Of a DNA stretch of 64,000 nt, positions 12,501 through 25,256 are shown piece by piece. Position numbers and translations under genes: made by a program. The stretch comes from Mytilus trossulus (taxonomy: Eukaryota): positions 35,650,001 through 35,714,000 of the forward strand of contig NC_086384.1 in assembly GCF_036588685.1 (NCBI RefSeq). The letters run 5' to 3'. Within the stretch, counting starts at the first letter, position 1, and each line of letters opens with the position of its first letter. The notes beneath the pieces are model-generated. The model was given only the letters and a program-made list of their open reading frames with translations, made no database searches and was not told the origin of the DNA.

Positions 12501-15500
12501 TATAGGTTTAAGTACGGCCTTTAACACGGAGCCTTGGCTCACACCGAACAACAAGCTATAAAGGGCCCCAAAATTACTAGTGTTAAACCATACAAACGGG
12601 AAAACCAACGGTCTTATAGCCTGTATACAAATTAGTTCGACAAGCTGATACAGACTGAATGTATATTTATTCAATTTTTTATATGCCCCAAATACTATAG
12701 TTTAGGGGCATTAAGTTTTCTGGTCTGTGCGTTCGTTCGTTTGTTTGTTTGTCCGTTCGTTCATATATTCGTTTGTCCCTACGTCCATTCTTCCCGCTTC
12801 AGGTAAAAGTTTTTGGTCAAGGTAGTTTTAGGTGAAGTTGAAGTCCAATATACTTGTACACATGTTCCTTATGATACAATCTTTCTAATTTTAAGGAGGC
12901 TCGAGGGTATAAAAATTTCAGAAAAAATATAAACATTTGTTTTTTATTACAAATTCTATTTATTACCTTTATTAGTTATAACTTTATCATATGGTACAAA
13001 AATCTTTCAAAAAAATCAATTCGTCTTCGCCCTAGATGACCTTTAAAATGTATATATCAATGAAAAAGCTCCAAATTATCTCCCTTTGGTGAACAAATGC
13101 CATTTTTTTGGGCATTAAAGTTGAAATATCTTTCTTACCTCATCGGTGACCTACATTTTTATTATTATTTTCAAATAAGCTGTATTTAAACTAAACTATT
13201 GTAAAATTTGAGCGATTTCTGTAATTAAGTTTTTTTTATTTCGATATTACCTCTATTTCTCCTATAAGGTCAACAGAGAAAAAAGTACATTTACAAACTT
13301 GTATGCTTCTGTCGAAGGCAGATTGTGAGCGTAAATGAATGCTGATCCGATTTTTTTTATTTCATTTTTCTATTAAGTATAATATAAATTTTATTTATAG
13401 AAAAATATAGCGATATCCTATAATTAAAAAAAATGATTTAGACCCACGAGCCCCCTTAATGCCAAATAGAAATATTGACCCCTGAACATGTAAAATGATA
13501 GTGCATGTGGGGATTCCGTGTACTATGGACACATTCTTGGTTTATAAAAATAAATATTCAGAAAGGGGATACATGTGACAAATGTCCATGTTGTACTTAC
13601 GAGGCATACACAACTTTCCTCCTATGGGTTTAATGTCAAATAGTAATGGGCTGACAGTGCACCTTCCATATGAAAGCTCATATTGTTTTCCCTAAAATGG
13701 GAAATACATGAATTGGTTCACGACAAAACAAATTGCACAATATATATAAAGTTTTAATATGCATAGTTATATATATATTTTAGAAATTCCAAAGTGACGT
13801 CACTTTGTGCGTCGATCTCTTCGGCTTACTTATGATACGTTGTTCGGCTGTTCCTTTTTGGTGAACTGACTTAGGTTGTTTTGCGTATTCGATTATATTC
13901 TGTAGTTAACGTGTTTAATATATCTATTATTCAGTAATTCCTATAAGTTTACTGTTTGTAAAAGTATGAATTATTCTAAATACTTTGGATTTTCTTATCC
14001 TAGGCAGATAACATTAGCTGTACTTTGGACAACTTTTTGAAACTTTAACTTATTTTGGCTTCCGAACATTGTTTATCTAAGCATCACTGACGAGTCTTTG
14101 ATGACGACAAAACGCGCGTCTGGCGTAATAAATTATAAGCCTGGTATCTCATGATAATAATGTTTTGTGTGTTTTTCCTGGACTGTACGTTCTCCCATTT
14201 ATTTGTATTGTAGTCCTATCATGTAATGTTGTCATTTTGATGTTATATCAAACATTGCCATAACAGCGGGAGGTTTGGCTAGCCACACAACCAGATCAAC
14301 ACACCAGTCAGGAAAAGGGCCATTGTTATTTTATAGTTCGTTTATGTGTGTGTTGCTTTTTAGTGTTTTGTTACTGTTGTGTCGTTGTTCTCGTCTCATA
14401 TTTGATGTGTTACCCTCAGTCTTATTTTGTAACCCGGACACAACCTTCATATATAATACAAAATCTGCATGTGTAATACACAATCTTCATGTGTATTACA
14501 TTACCTACATGTGTAATAAACAACCTACATGTCATTGAATTACCTGATTGTAATCCTGAAAAACCTCTTGTTGAACTGGATATTGCCCGTAGTAGAGTGT
14601 TCCAGAAAGGTAGCCTTTTCCTATAGAAGTATCCATTGCCCACTTGTCATAAAATGCCTGCAAATCAAAATTCAAAATTATTTTATGTTTATATTCGTTC
14701 CTAATGTTTTCTGATAGAATGTGAACGGAAATGGGAATATCATTTTTTCAGTGTTCCTCAAACAATACGCACCAGACCTCCTTTAAATTTCGTTTTCATT
14801 TTGTTCGTACAGTAAGTATATTTGTATGCATAAGATTTGAATCATGATACATCTTTTGTTTCCAGATATCTGATCCGGGGATATTGTGTGCCGAATGGAG
14901 AACAGTAGTCAGGGACAATGCAATGAATGGACTGTAGTATACAAGAAATTAGCGGGAAATTGCATCTATTCTAGAAATTGAGCGGCCATTAGAATACTCG
15001 AAAACACAAGGTGAAGCTATACTATGGTAGGATCTTTGTTTGAGATTTTCAAAAATTCGCATTGTACAAATATACGATGCCGAGCATTTATAAAAGTTCT
15101 CAATTAGTCCTTTTCACAGAAAAAATTGCTTCGTAAATAAATAAAATCAGCTCTGCAACATTTTCTATTTGACAGTGAAATTAATGATTTGCATATACAT
15201 AATTATTGAAATTCTTATTTTGTAACAATAGAGCAGAATTGGTTGACTATAAATACGAACAAAACAGAACGAATCAATTAACTTTAAAAACAAGTGTCAC
15301 TAAATGGTTAATAAAATTAACAAAAAAATAGATTACAAATTATAACCATTGACGGATCCAGGGGTAGGGGGGTCCAGTTTTTGACCCCCCTTTTTTTGGC
15401 TGATCAATGGATTTGAATGGGGACATATAGTTGGAATTCCCCATTGTCCTGGGTTGGGAACCCGCTTTTTTTTAAATGGCTGGATCCGCCCCTGATAACG

Positions 15501-15877
15501 TATCGAGCAATATTCGCAGTATCTAAAATCAATCTCAAATTACTTGAACCTGTTAGTAAGAAATATACAGGTTACACTTAAGATCGCTTGCAGAAGATCA
15601 TTGTGTGTTTCACAAAGCATAGGAATGTATTTATTATGCAATGCTTTCAACAAAACTATACAAAACTTTACATAAAAGCAAAAGAAACATTTACATATAT
15701 CTAGAAATTCACTTTGATTGTTTGAAAATCAACACTAACCGTGAGTGCCAACGGAGTTCCATTATTTTTCAATCCAATTGACATCCCAATTTTTCCCTCC
15801 AGCTTTTGTGGCATACAACACGAATACGCTTGGCCAATAATAACTGCAAGACTAAAAACAAGTAACAATTTCTCCAT
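9488..15877 (-). CDS. Ependymin-related protein (EPDR-A), secreted, 212 aa, 5 coding exons
   Basis: join(15877-15740, 14657-14544, 13691-13601, 11127-10868, 9523-9488). All introns are GT-AG with matching phases (0,0,1,0). Signal peptide MEKLLLVFSLAVIIGQAYS is followed by CCMPQKLEG; internal GRC, LCMP and KDCAPLSE; C-terminal GITDPSVFEMPQAC is typical of the ependymin family. Confidence 0.88.
9665..10296 (+). mobile_element. Interspersed repeat family (copies at 11308-11702, 14160-14440, 19680-19900, 28580-28800, 46600-46950, 50245-50390)
   Basis: Shared AACCAGGTTCAAYCCACC..CCTGTACCAAGTCAGGAA and GAACAGCGGTATACTACTGTTGCCTTT. Confidence 0.7.
10868..11127 (-). CDS. EPDR-A exon 4
   Basis: TTTTCAG| (P)SAKMMTSYKG...ITDPSVFEMPQACQDLQPSRRKR |GTAAGT; overlaps ORF-track 10802..11116. 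Confidence 0.9.
11997..12298. repeat. Hairpin-type interspersed element (about 65-bp inverted arms at 11997-12156)
   Basis: AATGACTGTAATATTTTTTCTGTCTAT..AAATAACATAAAAAATG mirrored around ACGCGCGT. Confidence 0.75.
12674..13540 (+). mobile_element. HINE/DINE-1-like Helentron derivative hosting the Kolobok MITE
   Basis: T-run, ATGCCCC..GGGGCAT inverted repeat, (GTTC/GTCC) microsatellite, 3' hairpin ending CTTG. Confidence 0.6.
12895..13455. mobile_element. Kolobok-type MITE with TTAA target duplication
   Basis: TTAA|GGAGGCTCGAGGGTATAAA ... TTTAGACCCACGAGCCCCC|TTAA. Confidence 0.8.
13601..13691 (-). CDS. EPDR-A exon 3
   Basis: TTTTAG| GKQYELSYGRCTVSPLLFDIKPIGGKLCMP+C |GTAAGT; phase 1. Confidence 0.85.
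13940..14155 (+). mobile_element. Retrozyme fragment with degenerate hammerhead (14081-14126)
   Basis: GCATCA CTGACGA GTC..GAC AAAA CGCGC GTC TGGCGT. Confidence 0.7.
14544..14657 (-). CDS. EPDR-A exon 2
   Basis: TTTGCAG| AFYDKWAMDTSIGKGYLSGTLYYGQYPVQQEVFQDYNQ |GTAATT; 114 nt, the same length as EPDR-C exon 2. Confidence 0.85.
15347..15494. mobile_element. Short GC-rich MITE with 5-bp TSD (ATAAC)
   Basis: CA....CGGATCCAG ... CTGGATCCGCCCCTG, with ATAAC on both sides. Confidence 0.6.
15740..15877 (-). CDS. EPDR-A exon 1 (signal peptide + CC motif)
   Basis: 46 codons MEKLLLVFSLAVIIGQAYSCCMPQKLEGKIGMSIGLKNNGTPLALT; donor ACG|GTTAGT. Confidence 0.85.
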
Positions 15878-15899
15878 AGCTATAGTTCGTGCTGATCAG

Positions 15900-16125
15900 A
15901 TTTTGTTCAAACACAACAGACACCTAAATACCAACAAGCATGTGACGATACAGACTCTTATTACATTGGTTATATACATGTACATACATCGACCTACGTT
16001 TTATTAAAACAAATCGGACATGATGACGGAAAACGGATATATTGTACTTACAAGGTTGAGACTATTGTCATTTTGAAAGAGATGTATTTGATTTACGTTT
16101 TACTAAAATAATATTGCGGAGAACA
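15900..16125 (-). promoter_or_regulatory. Proximal upstream block conserved among the three EPDR paralogues
   Basis: GACATGATGA.GGA.A.CGGATATA ... TGTCATTTTGAAAGA ... TTACGTTTTA recurs at 25360-25480 and 57420-57530. Confidence 0.6.
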
Positions 16126-16156
16126 ACAATAATACATTAAGTTCATTAAAAAAAAA

Positions 16157-19152
16157 TCTTTTGTTACCTCTTCTGACAATGTCATCGGAGTCGTGCTTCT
16201 CTTAAACTGAGTTTTGCTGTGCGTATTATTTTTCGTTTAAATGGCTATAGGTATAAGGGGGGCTATAAAACACATGTTTAATCCGCCGCATTTTTGCGCC
16301 TGTCCAAAGTCAGGAACCTCTGGCCTTTATTAGTCCTGTATAATTTTTAATGTCAGTATTTTGTGTATAATTCGGAGTTTAGTATGACGTCCAAAATCAT
16401 AGACCTAGTATACACATTTGTTAAGGGGCCAACTGAAGGACGCCTCCGGGTCCGGGAGTTTCTCGCTGCATTGAAGACCCTTGGTGGCCTTCGGCTATTG
16501 ACTTCAATTCGGTCGTGTTGTTGGCTCTACTCCGGTACTTGCATGAAAATACGTTTTTTTGTGTTACTTAATTTGCTGTTACAAAATATTTAAATTATCA
16601 TAAATTAAGGAATGTATCTTCCTCATCTAAAGCTCTGATTCCTTTCACGGATTTGGCTATACTTTTTGGAACTTTTGGATTATAGCTCTTCATCCTTTAT
16701 ATAAGCTTTGGATTTAACATATTTCTCACGGCTCTCAATCCTGTGTACCCCAAGCCCAAATTTAATGGGCTCATAAATGTAGTTGAATTGAGAACGATAC
16801 TGATATTGAAATACCGACCATTCTTACAAGGAAGTGTGCACTGTGTGGACAATAGATCCAAGACAAATATCTTACCAAGAAAACAACCAGTCACTATCAT
16901 AACTTGTTGTTTGGGGTTAATGTCATTATACTTATTCCTCAGTATGATCGTGTTCTCGATATATTTAATTCGTATGTGTTGAATCTGGAGAAATTGATTA
17001 CCAAATACAGAAAAATTGTATTAATTTAAACAGGATATGTATGTCTTATAGTTACATTGAAGCTCTGAAAGACACGTTTTATTCATAGCAACTGCTCTTG
17101 AGCTTCAACTTTCGCTATGTGAAGCGGTTAATCAGCCTTTAAAACAGGTTGTCAGGGGTTTCTTTCATGTAAATGCATAGGCGGGTACAGTACTTTTAAA
17201 TGTAAAAATGTGAAAGTCAAAAGAAGTTGTGCAATTCCAGATGCCATCTCAAATGAAAGATACAGAATTCATTAAGTATTTGATGAATATGGTGAATTGT
17301 ATGGTCATTATTTTCATTTTGTTGTGTGTATCAATGCTTTTTTCACAAAAAGATATGTTATAAAATATTGTACAAGTTATATGTAAATTTTCGTAAAATT
17401 TTATACAAATTATAATTTGTACAGGAACTGTTTGTACAAATTACAATTTTTACAAAGTCAAAATACAAATTATAATTTGTACAAATTATTTTGTACAAAA
17501 TGATAACTTTTACACAACATATATATAGCAGATTACTTTATTCTACTAAGATGACGAGGTACAAAATCCTAGCCTATAGATATGAGAAGATCTGGTATGA
17601 GATCCAATTAGACAACTTTCCATCCAAGTCATAATTTGTAAAAGTTAACCCCGTTTTTCACCAATAGTTTTCAACGATATTATTATAATAAATAGAAAGA
17701 CACTTTGAAATGGCAACAAAAGTACTAGCCTGGCCAATAACAACTCTTATATATCATGTGTCACTATTCCGACATGTGCTATGATTTTGTACATCGTCAT
17801 ATATACAAACGCCTAACAAGTGTACAAAACAACATCAAATTCAGAAAAAAAGGGAAGGGGGTATCGACCTTGAGGGTCTTGCACGAGAGAAAAAAATAAC
17901 GAGCAATAACTCCAAAGACATGTCGACTCAGGACTTCGACCATTAAACTTTTTTGTAGACCTCGTTTTGCTGATCAATTTTTATCATTCAGCAAATATGA
18001 TAAAAGAAATAATAAAAACTTCATTGAAGGACAATGACCAAAAAAAAAAAGTGTTGTTTGAAGCTTTTGTTTATATTGACTTCTTTTAAGATCTTATTCT
18101 GCTAAAATTTGTTAGTTGAAGTTTATGTTTAGGATAAAAGCCAATATGAACACAAAAACAATATAAAATTGTTCATTTTGGTGCAATTACTCATAACGGA
18201 AGTCGTCTGATAGTTTTGACTCAAAATGGCAACAAATAGAACTTAACATTCTGAACATTTATCCTCCTGTCAGACTATTTTTTCTCTTTTTGAAGGGATT
18301 TTTGAAATAAAAGACAAAACTTGCATGTTACCTCTATGTTTTATTTTAACCATGTCTGCCATTTTGTAGGTTGGCAAAGTCAAAGGACACATTTTATAAA
18401 CTAGATACCATAATAATGGTTATGAAGGAGTTTGTTAAATTTCTTTTGTTACCTCTTCTGACAATGTCATCGGACTCTTAAAAAAAACATGTTTCATCCC
18501 GCCGCATTTTTGCGCCTGTCCAAAGTCAGGAATCTCTGGCCTTTGTTAGTCTTGTATGATTTTTAATGTTAGTTTTTTGTGTATAATTCGGAGTTTAGTA
18601 TGACGTCCAAAATCATTGACCTAGTATACACATTTGTTAAGGGGCCAACTGGAGGACGCCTCCGGGTCCGGGAGTTTCTCGCTGCATTGAAGACCCTTGG
18701 TGGCCTTCGGCTATTGACTCCCATTTGGTCGGGTTGTTGGCTCTATTCCGGTACTGGCATGAAAATACGTTTTTTTTTGTGTTATTAAATTTGCTGTTAC
18801 AAAATATTTAAATTATCATAAATTAAGGAATGTATCTTCCTCATCTAAAGCTGTGATTCCTTTCACGGATTTGACTATACTTTTTGGAACTTTTGGATTA
18901 TAGCTCTTCGTCCTTTATTTAAGCTTTGAATTTTACATATTTCTCACGGCTCTCAATCCTGTGTACCCCAAGCCCAAATTTAATGGGCTCATAAATGTAG
19001 TTGAATTGAGAACGATACTGATATTGAAATACCGATCATTCTTACAAGGAAGTGTGCACTGTGTGGGCAATAGATCCAAGACAAATATCTTACCAAGAAA
19101 ACAACCAGTCACTATCATAACTTGTTGTTTGGGGTTAATGTCATTATACTTT
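16157..19152 (+). repeat. Local duplication of a roughly 0.75-kb composite block (16157-16932 and 18443-19152)
   Basis: Near-identical ORF-track peptides 16363/18579 and 16743/18961; DNA match seen directly. Confidence 0.92.
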
Positions 19153-20534
19153 ATATATAATGAAAGTTGGAACAGTCAAAGGACACATTTTATAAACCAG
19201 ATACCATAATAATGGTTGTGAAGGAGTTTGTTAAATTTGGCGAAAATGTTTTTTGAAAGTTTACAGACGAAGGACGACTGACTCCCATTGATGAGAAGGT
19301 TAACTAGGCACTTTGGGTTAGGGGAGCTTAACATCATGTAGTAAGAGGTGTTAGGGTCATGACTCTACTTTATATTCAACCGACCGACACGCTGAGTCGA
19401 ATTGCCTTATGCTACGCGCTGTTCCTATGAATGCACGTACTAAAAAAAGTTAACATAATAAGAATGTAGTGCTCTTTTAGATTCCAATTGAAAAGGGAGG
19501 AAATTCATTTGCTTCGCTTGAAAAGATTACATAATTCGGAGAAGACGTCTTCTTTTTACATCAAATAGAAGGTATGAATGGCGACTGTCCTACATCCTGA
19601 AAAAGAAAGCACATTGATTTTATACTTCAGTAAAAGGCTCATTTTTATCCTTCTTTTTAAGTATTTATAATGACATCAGTAAAATCACAAAAATACTGAA
19701 CTCCGAGGAAAAGTCAAAACGGAAATTCCCAATAAAATGAGAAAAATCAAATAACAAAACACAACAAACGAATGGACAACAACAGTTACGGTGGTCATAT
19801 TCCTGACTTTGAACAAGCATTTTTAAATGTAGAAAATGGTGGATTGAACCTGGTGTTATAGCACTAAACATCTCACTTGTACGACAGTGGCACCAATTTC
19901 CATGATTTATACTTTATATTAGTGTGGTTGTAAAAAACAGCATTCACAGTAAAGGCATTTGATTTTTATTTGCAATGGAAATCGCGTTGATAATGTATGG
20001 GGAACCTTTTTCATATCATCCAAAATCAACAAGTGATTATGTTTCCATGTTCGAAACGTGATCTGTTATTTCACATAACACAACACGTGATTTAAATTTC
20101 TTTTTATTATCTTTTTTCAATATCTGCTCGTGTTCATTGAAGTAGTATAAACTACGAACAGAAAATTATTTTATTTCATTATTAAAAGTTTTGACAACAT
20201 GATATGTCTCTATTTATTACAAAAGTTACATATGTGATCATATGTCGCTATGGAGTCAAAGTATGGTACCCATAATTGATCATTGAAGTCCTCCTTTTTA
20301 AACATAAACTACAATTAAAAGGGCTAATTTCATAAGTTATTGTATTATTATAATTTCAAACCGTTCATCTAATTCAATCCAATGATAGATATAGAATGTT
20401 AGCTAGTGTTGTGATACATACTCTCTTTCTCACCGTTCTCTGGAGATTATTACAGGACTTAGACATTTCGAAGACGGATGGGTATGTAATGCCGCTGGTC
20501 AGCCCTATGAAACCAAAATTAAAAATATTTTATA

Positions 20535-20998
20535 GGTGTAATACCACCATTGATTTTCCCCTATTAGTCTTTGTTAAATTTGCACTTTTCAAAAAATTGT
20601 GCAGAATTTATCTTTGTTTCAAATAAAGAAATACTTGGCATGAGTGAAGTTTTATCCTGTCCAGTTCTATAGAAAAAGTTTCACATAACATTTCATTGCA
20701 TATAAGAAAATAACCATCATTGGAAGTTAACCAATCAAATTTCTCCCCTTATTCTATCTGTGTACAATGTTTAGTCACCATGTAACCTCAAGATTACAAA
20801 ATTTTCTATAGAAATCACAAATAAAAAATAATGGTGTTTTGAAATACCCAAGACATATGTTTATGACAGAGAAATAGGTTTACTATAATAAAATGTAGGA
20901 TTAATTACCTACAACGGTAAAATTCAAGGGAATATTTTTTTAGACCTACTTTCGTATGCAACCGGATGTGGCGTACTATGATTTGGTGGTATTACACC
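20535..20998 (+). mobile_element. MITE, 464 bp, TIR GGTGTAATACCACCA
   Basis: Perfect 15-bp TIRs flanked by TA; near-identical copy at 21929-22391. Confidence 0.9.
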
Positions 20999-21928
20999 TA
21001 AAGAAGACCTTTTTGTTCAATAAACTGAATGTGACTTTTTCCCTTTGTAATACTGGTTATTTCAAGCATTTCTGTCAAGTTTGGTCATAATCAGTTCAAT
21101 GGTTTGAGAAAAATCTAGTATATTGAAAGGCGACATCTACAGCGATTCGAGCAAAATTTCTTCGACAAATCCAAACCAAGCCGCATCAAGATACATTGTA
21201 GAATAGAGTGTGAACCAATAAATGATCTAATATCTATCTTATCTGCCTACAAATAGTTAAAAATGATACACAAGATGATTTTAGGAAGATAAAATACCAC
21301 TTATTAACCTCTTTGTCTTCTTTATAAGGTCTCTTTGGGTCAATTTATACCTCTCATTTCCTCCAAATTTCAACTTTTCAGGCCAATAAATAAAAAGATT
21401 GGGGTAACTTTCACACATTTATGGTAGAAATGTTATAAGAAATGAGTAATTGAGGCATTTTAGCAGAATGAACAATCCATATAAAAGTTTACTGTCTCCA
21501 TGGAGGTTTCAATAAGTCCTTACGTAAAAATAAAATTTACGCCGCATTCCAAAGAGGGACATAAAAGGCTTCTCTTTTAAGGAATAACTTGTCGTTACAA
21601 CATTAAAAATAATTTCGTCTACTTATAACTATATATTTATTTAAGTATTACCTAGGAAAATGTTATATCATAGCAAAATATAAGAAATAAGGAGAAAAAG
21701 CCCACCCTCTCCAAAAAAATAAATATATGCACTTAGTATGGCTTGTTCTGTCAACTGAATATTCATGGTACAGTCCTATTTCAAGACAATTTTCTAATAA
21801 AATGTGTTTCGGAGACTCAATCCACTCAGAATATTTCATTTTTTGTATTATTTCACTTAAATAGCAAGAAATTTTAACACATAAGATTACTCACAAGGCC
21901 ATAGGTGCATGTACAGCTTCCCATATTA

Positions 21929-22391
21929 GGTGTAATACCACCATTGATTTTCCCCTATTAGTCTTTGTTAAATTTGCACTTTTCAAAAAAATGTGCAGAA
22001 TTTATCTTTGTTTCAAATAAAGAAATACTTGGCATGAGTGAAGTTTTATCCTGTCCAGTTCTATAGAAAAAGTTTCACATACATTTCATTGCATATAAGA
22101 AAATAACCATCATTGGAAGTTAACCAATCAAATTTCTCCCCTTATTCTATCTGTGTACAAGGTTTGGTCACCATGTAACCTCAAGATTACAAAATTTGCT
22201 ATAGAAATCACAAATAAAAAATAATGGTGTTTTGAAATACCCAAGACATATGTTTATGACACAGAAATAGTTTTACTATAATAAAATGTAGGATTAATTA
22301 CCTACAACGGTCAAATTCAATGGAATATTTTTGTAGACCTACTTTCGTATGCAACCGGATGTGGCGTACTATGATTTGGTGGTATTACACC
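21929..22391 (+). mobile_element. MITE, second copy
   Basis: Same TIRs, flanked by TTA on both sides. Confidence 0.9.
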
Positions 22392-22874
22392 TTATACAGT
22401 TGCGATTCTTACAGATATTGGCGCGCATCCCTTTGGTGTCAATGACATGGTTCAATCCACCTGTACCAAGTCAGGTATATGACAGTTGTTGTCCATTCGT
22501 TTGATGTGTTTTGCCATTTGATTTTGCCATATGATTAGGGACTTTCTGATTGAGTTTTCCTCGGAGTTCAGTATTTTTGTGATTTTTTTCCCCAACGGAA
22601 AAACGCTAGGGATTTGTATGGACTGTCTTGAACAAAACCATATCACCGGATCTCTCTATAAAGGGGTTAATTTTGCAGACGTGTTCGAAAAAGGCAAAAT
22701 CAATCGGAAACACTTACAAGGTGTGGTAGCTAAAAGAGGCGGTCATAAACGTTATTAAATTTCGCAAACTGAAATCTCGGATAATAACTGTGATCCGTCC
22801 GTATCTGATCCAGGAAATGACTTGCATGTTTTGTTTTTTTTGTACTCTGTCACTTAGAACGTTAACAAAATATT

Positions 22875-24259
22875 TGTAACACTTAAAAATGTGTCCTTCT
22901 CCCCAAACGTGTCCGCATAACGTTCTTGAACTGCGAAACAATTCTAGATGTAAAACAGCGCCAAAGCGTCTCATTTGTATAAACGCCCAAACATGACCAA
23001 TTCCACAAACTTGTTCATACATGTATTTAGCTTTTTTTTTTCTTTAACTGAAATTATCATTCTTGTCCATAATATAGATACGTTGCTTATTTAGGTATTA
23101 CTTTTTTTTAACGTATACTCAATTTACTATTTCATTAAAAAATAGAAATATATTTTTAATCCGGCAGAATATTAAACCTGGGTAAAGTAGTTCGGCTAGT
23201 TTTAAATTTTCGCTTCTTTCATTTGAAACAGCCTCTATTACATACGAGGATTAAAATAGTTTCTTACTGAAGTCATTGACAAATCGGTCTTTTTACTCGC
23301 TCTTCAATTTTTTAAATGAAAATCCCAAATAGTATTTAGGTTTCAAGCATCACTAAGGACACACGAACAAGAGACATAACGCCCAGTGCCAAATATTTCA
23401 TGCATTATTTGAACGTCATCAGTAAATACTGAAGATAGGTCATATTATCAGGCATATCTGGACTTTGGGATTGTACCTAAATTTTTACGGTTACTCGGGA
23501 TAAATACTAGTTGGGATTAAAACATGATAACTCCGCAATTAATGGTTTGGGGAGCTTTTAGAATATCAGAAGTGTTAAAAAAAGTGAAGTCAATTATGCT
23601 GAAAGCCCGCCGTGCAATATTTGAATTTAAATAAAAGGCATGACCGGAGTTTATTGGCAAAACATAATTTACATAGAAAACGATTAATTTTTCTGTTCTA
23701 GAATTTTGTGTATGTTCGTTCTAAATGAGCATGAAATACTTGCAACTGGACAACAAGCGGTTTCAGTCAAAAAATAATGTATATGTTATAGATTAAATAT
23801 TTAGTAATGGTTATCAGTAACAACCAGCATTGAAATAACTAATGCTAATAAATGACCACTTCCTAAACTGTGTGCCACTTCACAGAAATGCCGTGAACGT
23901 TATTGATGTCATTTGGGACAATCATGTATTAGCGCAAAAATACGCGAGACGTTATGGCGTTTAAAGTGAACACGTTTGGGCAAATAAAAATTATTGGACA
24001 CGTTTGGGGTTATAAAATTTGACACGTTTGGGCGAATAACAATTATTGGACACGTTTTGGCGAATAACAATTATTGGACACGTTTGGGGTTATAAAATTT
24101 GACACGTTTGGGCGAATAACAATTATTGGACACGTTTAGGGTTATAAAATTTGTCACGTTTGGGGAATATTGAATATTAAGGACACGTTTGTGGGGAACA
24201 GACACGTTTTGGGGAATCTGACACGTTTGGGGGGGGGGGACACTTTTGGGAGTGTTACA
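22875..24259. mobile_element. Non-autonomous TIR element with GACACGTTTGGG subterminal repeat array
   Basis: About 39-bp imperfect TIR TGTAACACT..GTGTCC..CCCCAAACGTGTC / GACACGTTTGGGG..GGACAC..AGTGTTACA; about 10 motif copies at 23968-24245. Confidence 0.75.
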
Positions 24260-24390
24260 TATATACTTTATTTGTTATTGTTTTCTACCAACTGGTAAAA
24301 TGTTATTTTTGATAAAAGTGTTTTATTGTTTCTTTTGATGACTAGTATATATTGACTAGAAATTTACTTAAATGTGGAATCAAGACTAAC

Positions 24391-24526
24391 CGTGATGGTG
24401 AACGGGTCTCCATTATTTTTCAAACCAATTGACATCACCATCTTTCCTTCCAGTTTTTAGCAAACAGCATGGATAGACTTGTCCAACGAATACTGCAAGA
24501 CTTACAAAATGTAATAATTTCCCCAT
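24391..24526 (-). pseudogene. EPDR-B: orphan exon 1 with 2-nt deletion frameshift
   Basis: MGKLLHFVSLAVFVGQVYPCCLLK/LEGKMVMSIGLKNNGDPFTIT aligns to EPDR-A exon 1 with the same ACG|GTTAGT donor. It is 136 nt instead of 138, and the ATG frame reaches TAA before the donor. No exon 2-4 homologues were seen between 24390 and 15900. Confidence 0.8.
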
Positions 24527-24573
24527 ATTTCGCGTTGAAGATATTTCTTCCAAATACTACAGACGCTTATAAA

Positions 24574-24791
24574 CTGCAAACCAACTAATTTTCGCGAGAG
24601 ATTTAATTTTGCGACTTTCGAGAGGCGAAAAATAACGCGAATTTAAATAGTCGCGAATATGTATAACTTGGATATTTTCCTATCTAACTACATTAAATAA
24701 ATTAGATAATCGCGAAATTAAATCGCCGCGAAGTGTTTTAGAAAGGACTAAACGCGAAATAAAGTATCCGCGAAAATAAGTGGGTTTACAG
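24574..24791. mobile_element. Tc1/mariner-type MITE with CGCGAAA internal repeats
   Basis: CTGCAAACCAACTAATTTTCGCG ... CGCGAAAATAAGTGGGTTTACAG|TA termini. Confidence 0.75.
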
Positions 24792-24793
24792 TA

Positions 24794-25256
24794 GGTGTAA
24801 TACCACCAAATCATGATACGCCATATCCGGTTGCATACGAAAGTAGGTCTAAAAAAATATTCCCTTGAATTTGACAGTTGTAGAAAATTAACCCTGCATT
24901 TCAATGCACTAAAATTTTTCTGTGTCATAAACATGTATGTTGGGTGTCTGAATGCATCATTCTTTTTTTATTTGATGGTCTTATAAAATATTTTGGAAAG
25001 TTAAGGTTACATAGTTACCAAAGCAGGTAACCAGTAAATAACCTGGTAAAAATTTGGTTGTTTACTTCCGGTGCAGGTTACTTTCTTATATGCAATGAAA
25101 TGTAGTGTGAAATTTTCACTGTAGCACTGGAAAGGATTAAACTTTATTCATGCAAAATGTTTCTTTGGTTGAAATAAAGGTAAATACTGTACAATTTTTT
25201 TTAAAGTGCCAATTTAACAAAGACTAATAGGGGGAAATCAATGGTGGTATTACACC
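24794..25256 (-). mobile_element. MITE, third (diverged, inverted) copy
   Basis: Same TIRs, TA flanks, followed by (TA)n. Confidence 0.88.

Noticed and set aside
14752-15010. Plus-strand exon-like segments with AG/GT borders in EPDR-A intron 1
   Set aside because: The intervening intron would be only about 54 nt, the most coding-like frame hits a stop, and there is no recognisable homology.
16363-19209. Duplicated short ORFs (MYNSEFS..., MYPKPKF...)
   Set aside because: They lie in repeat tails within a local duplication, begin at non-ATG codons and show no protein features.
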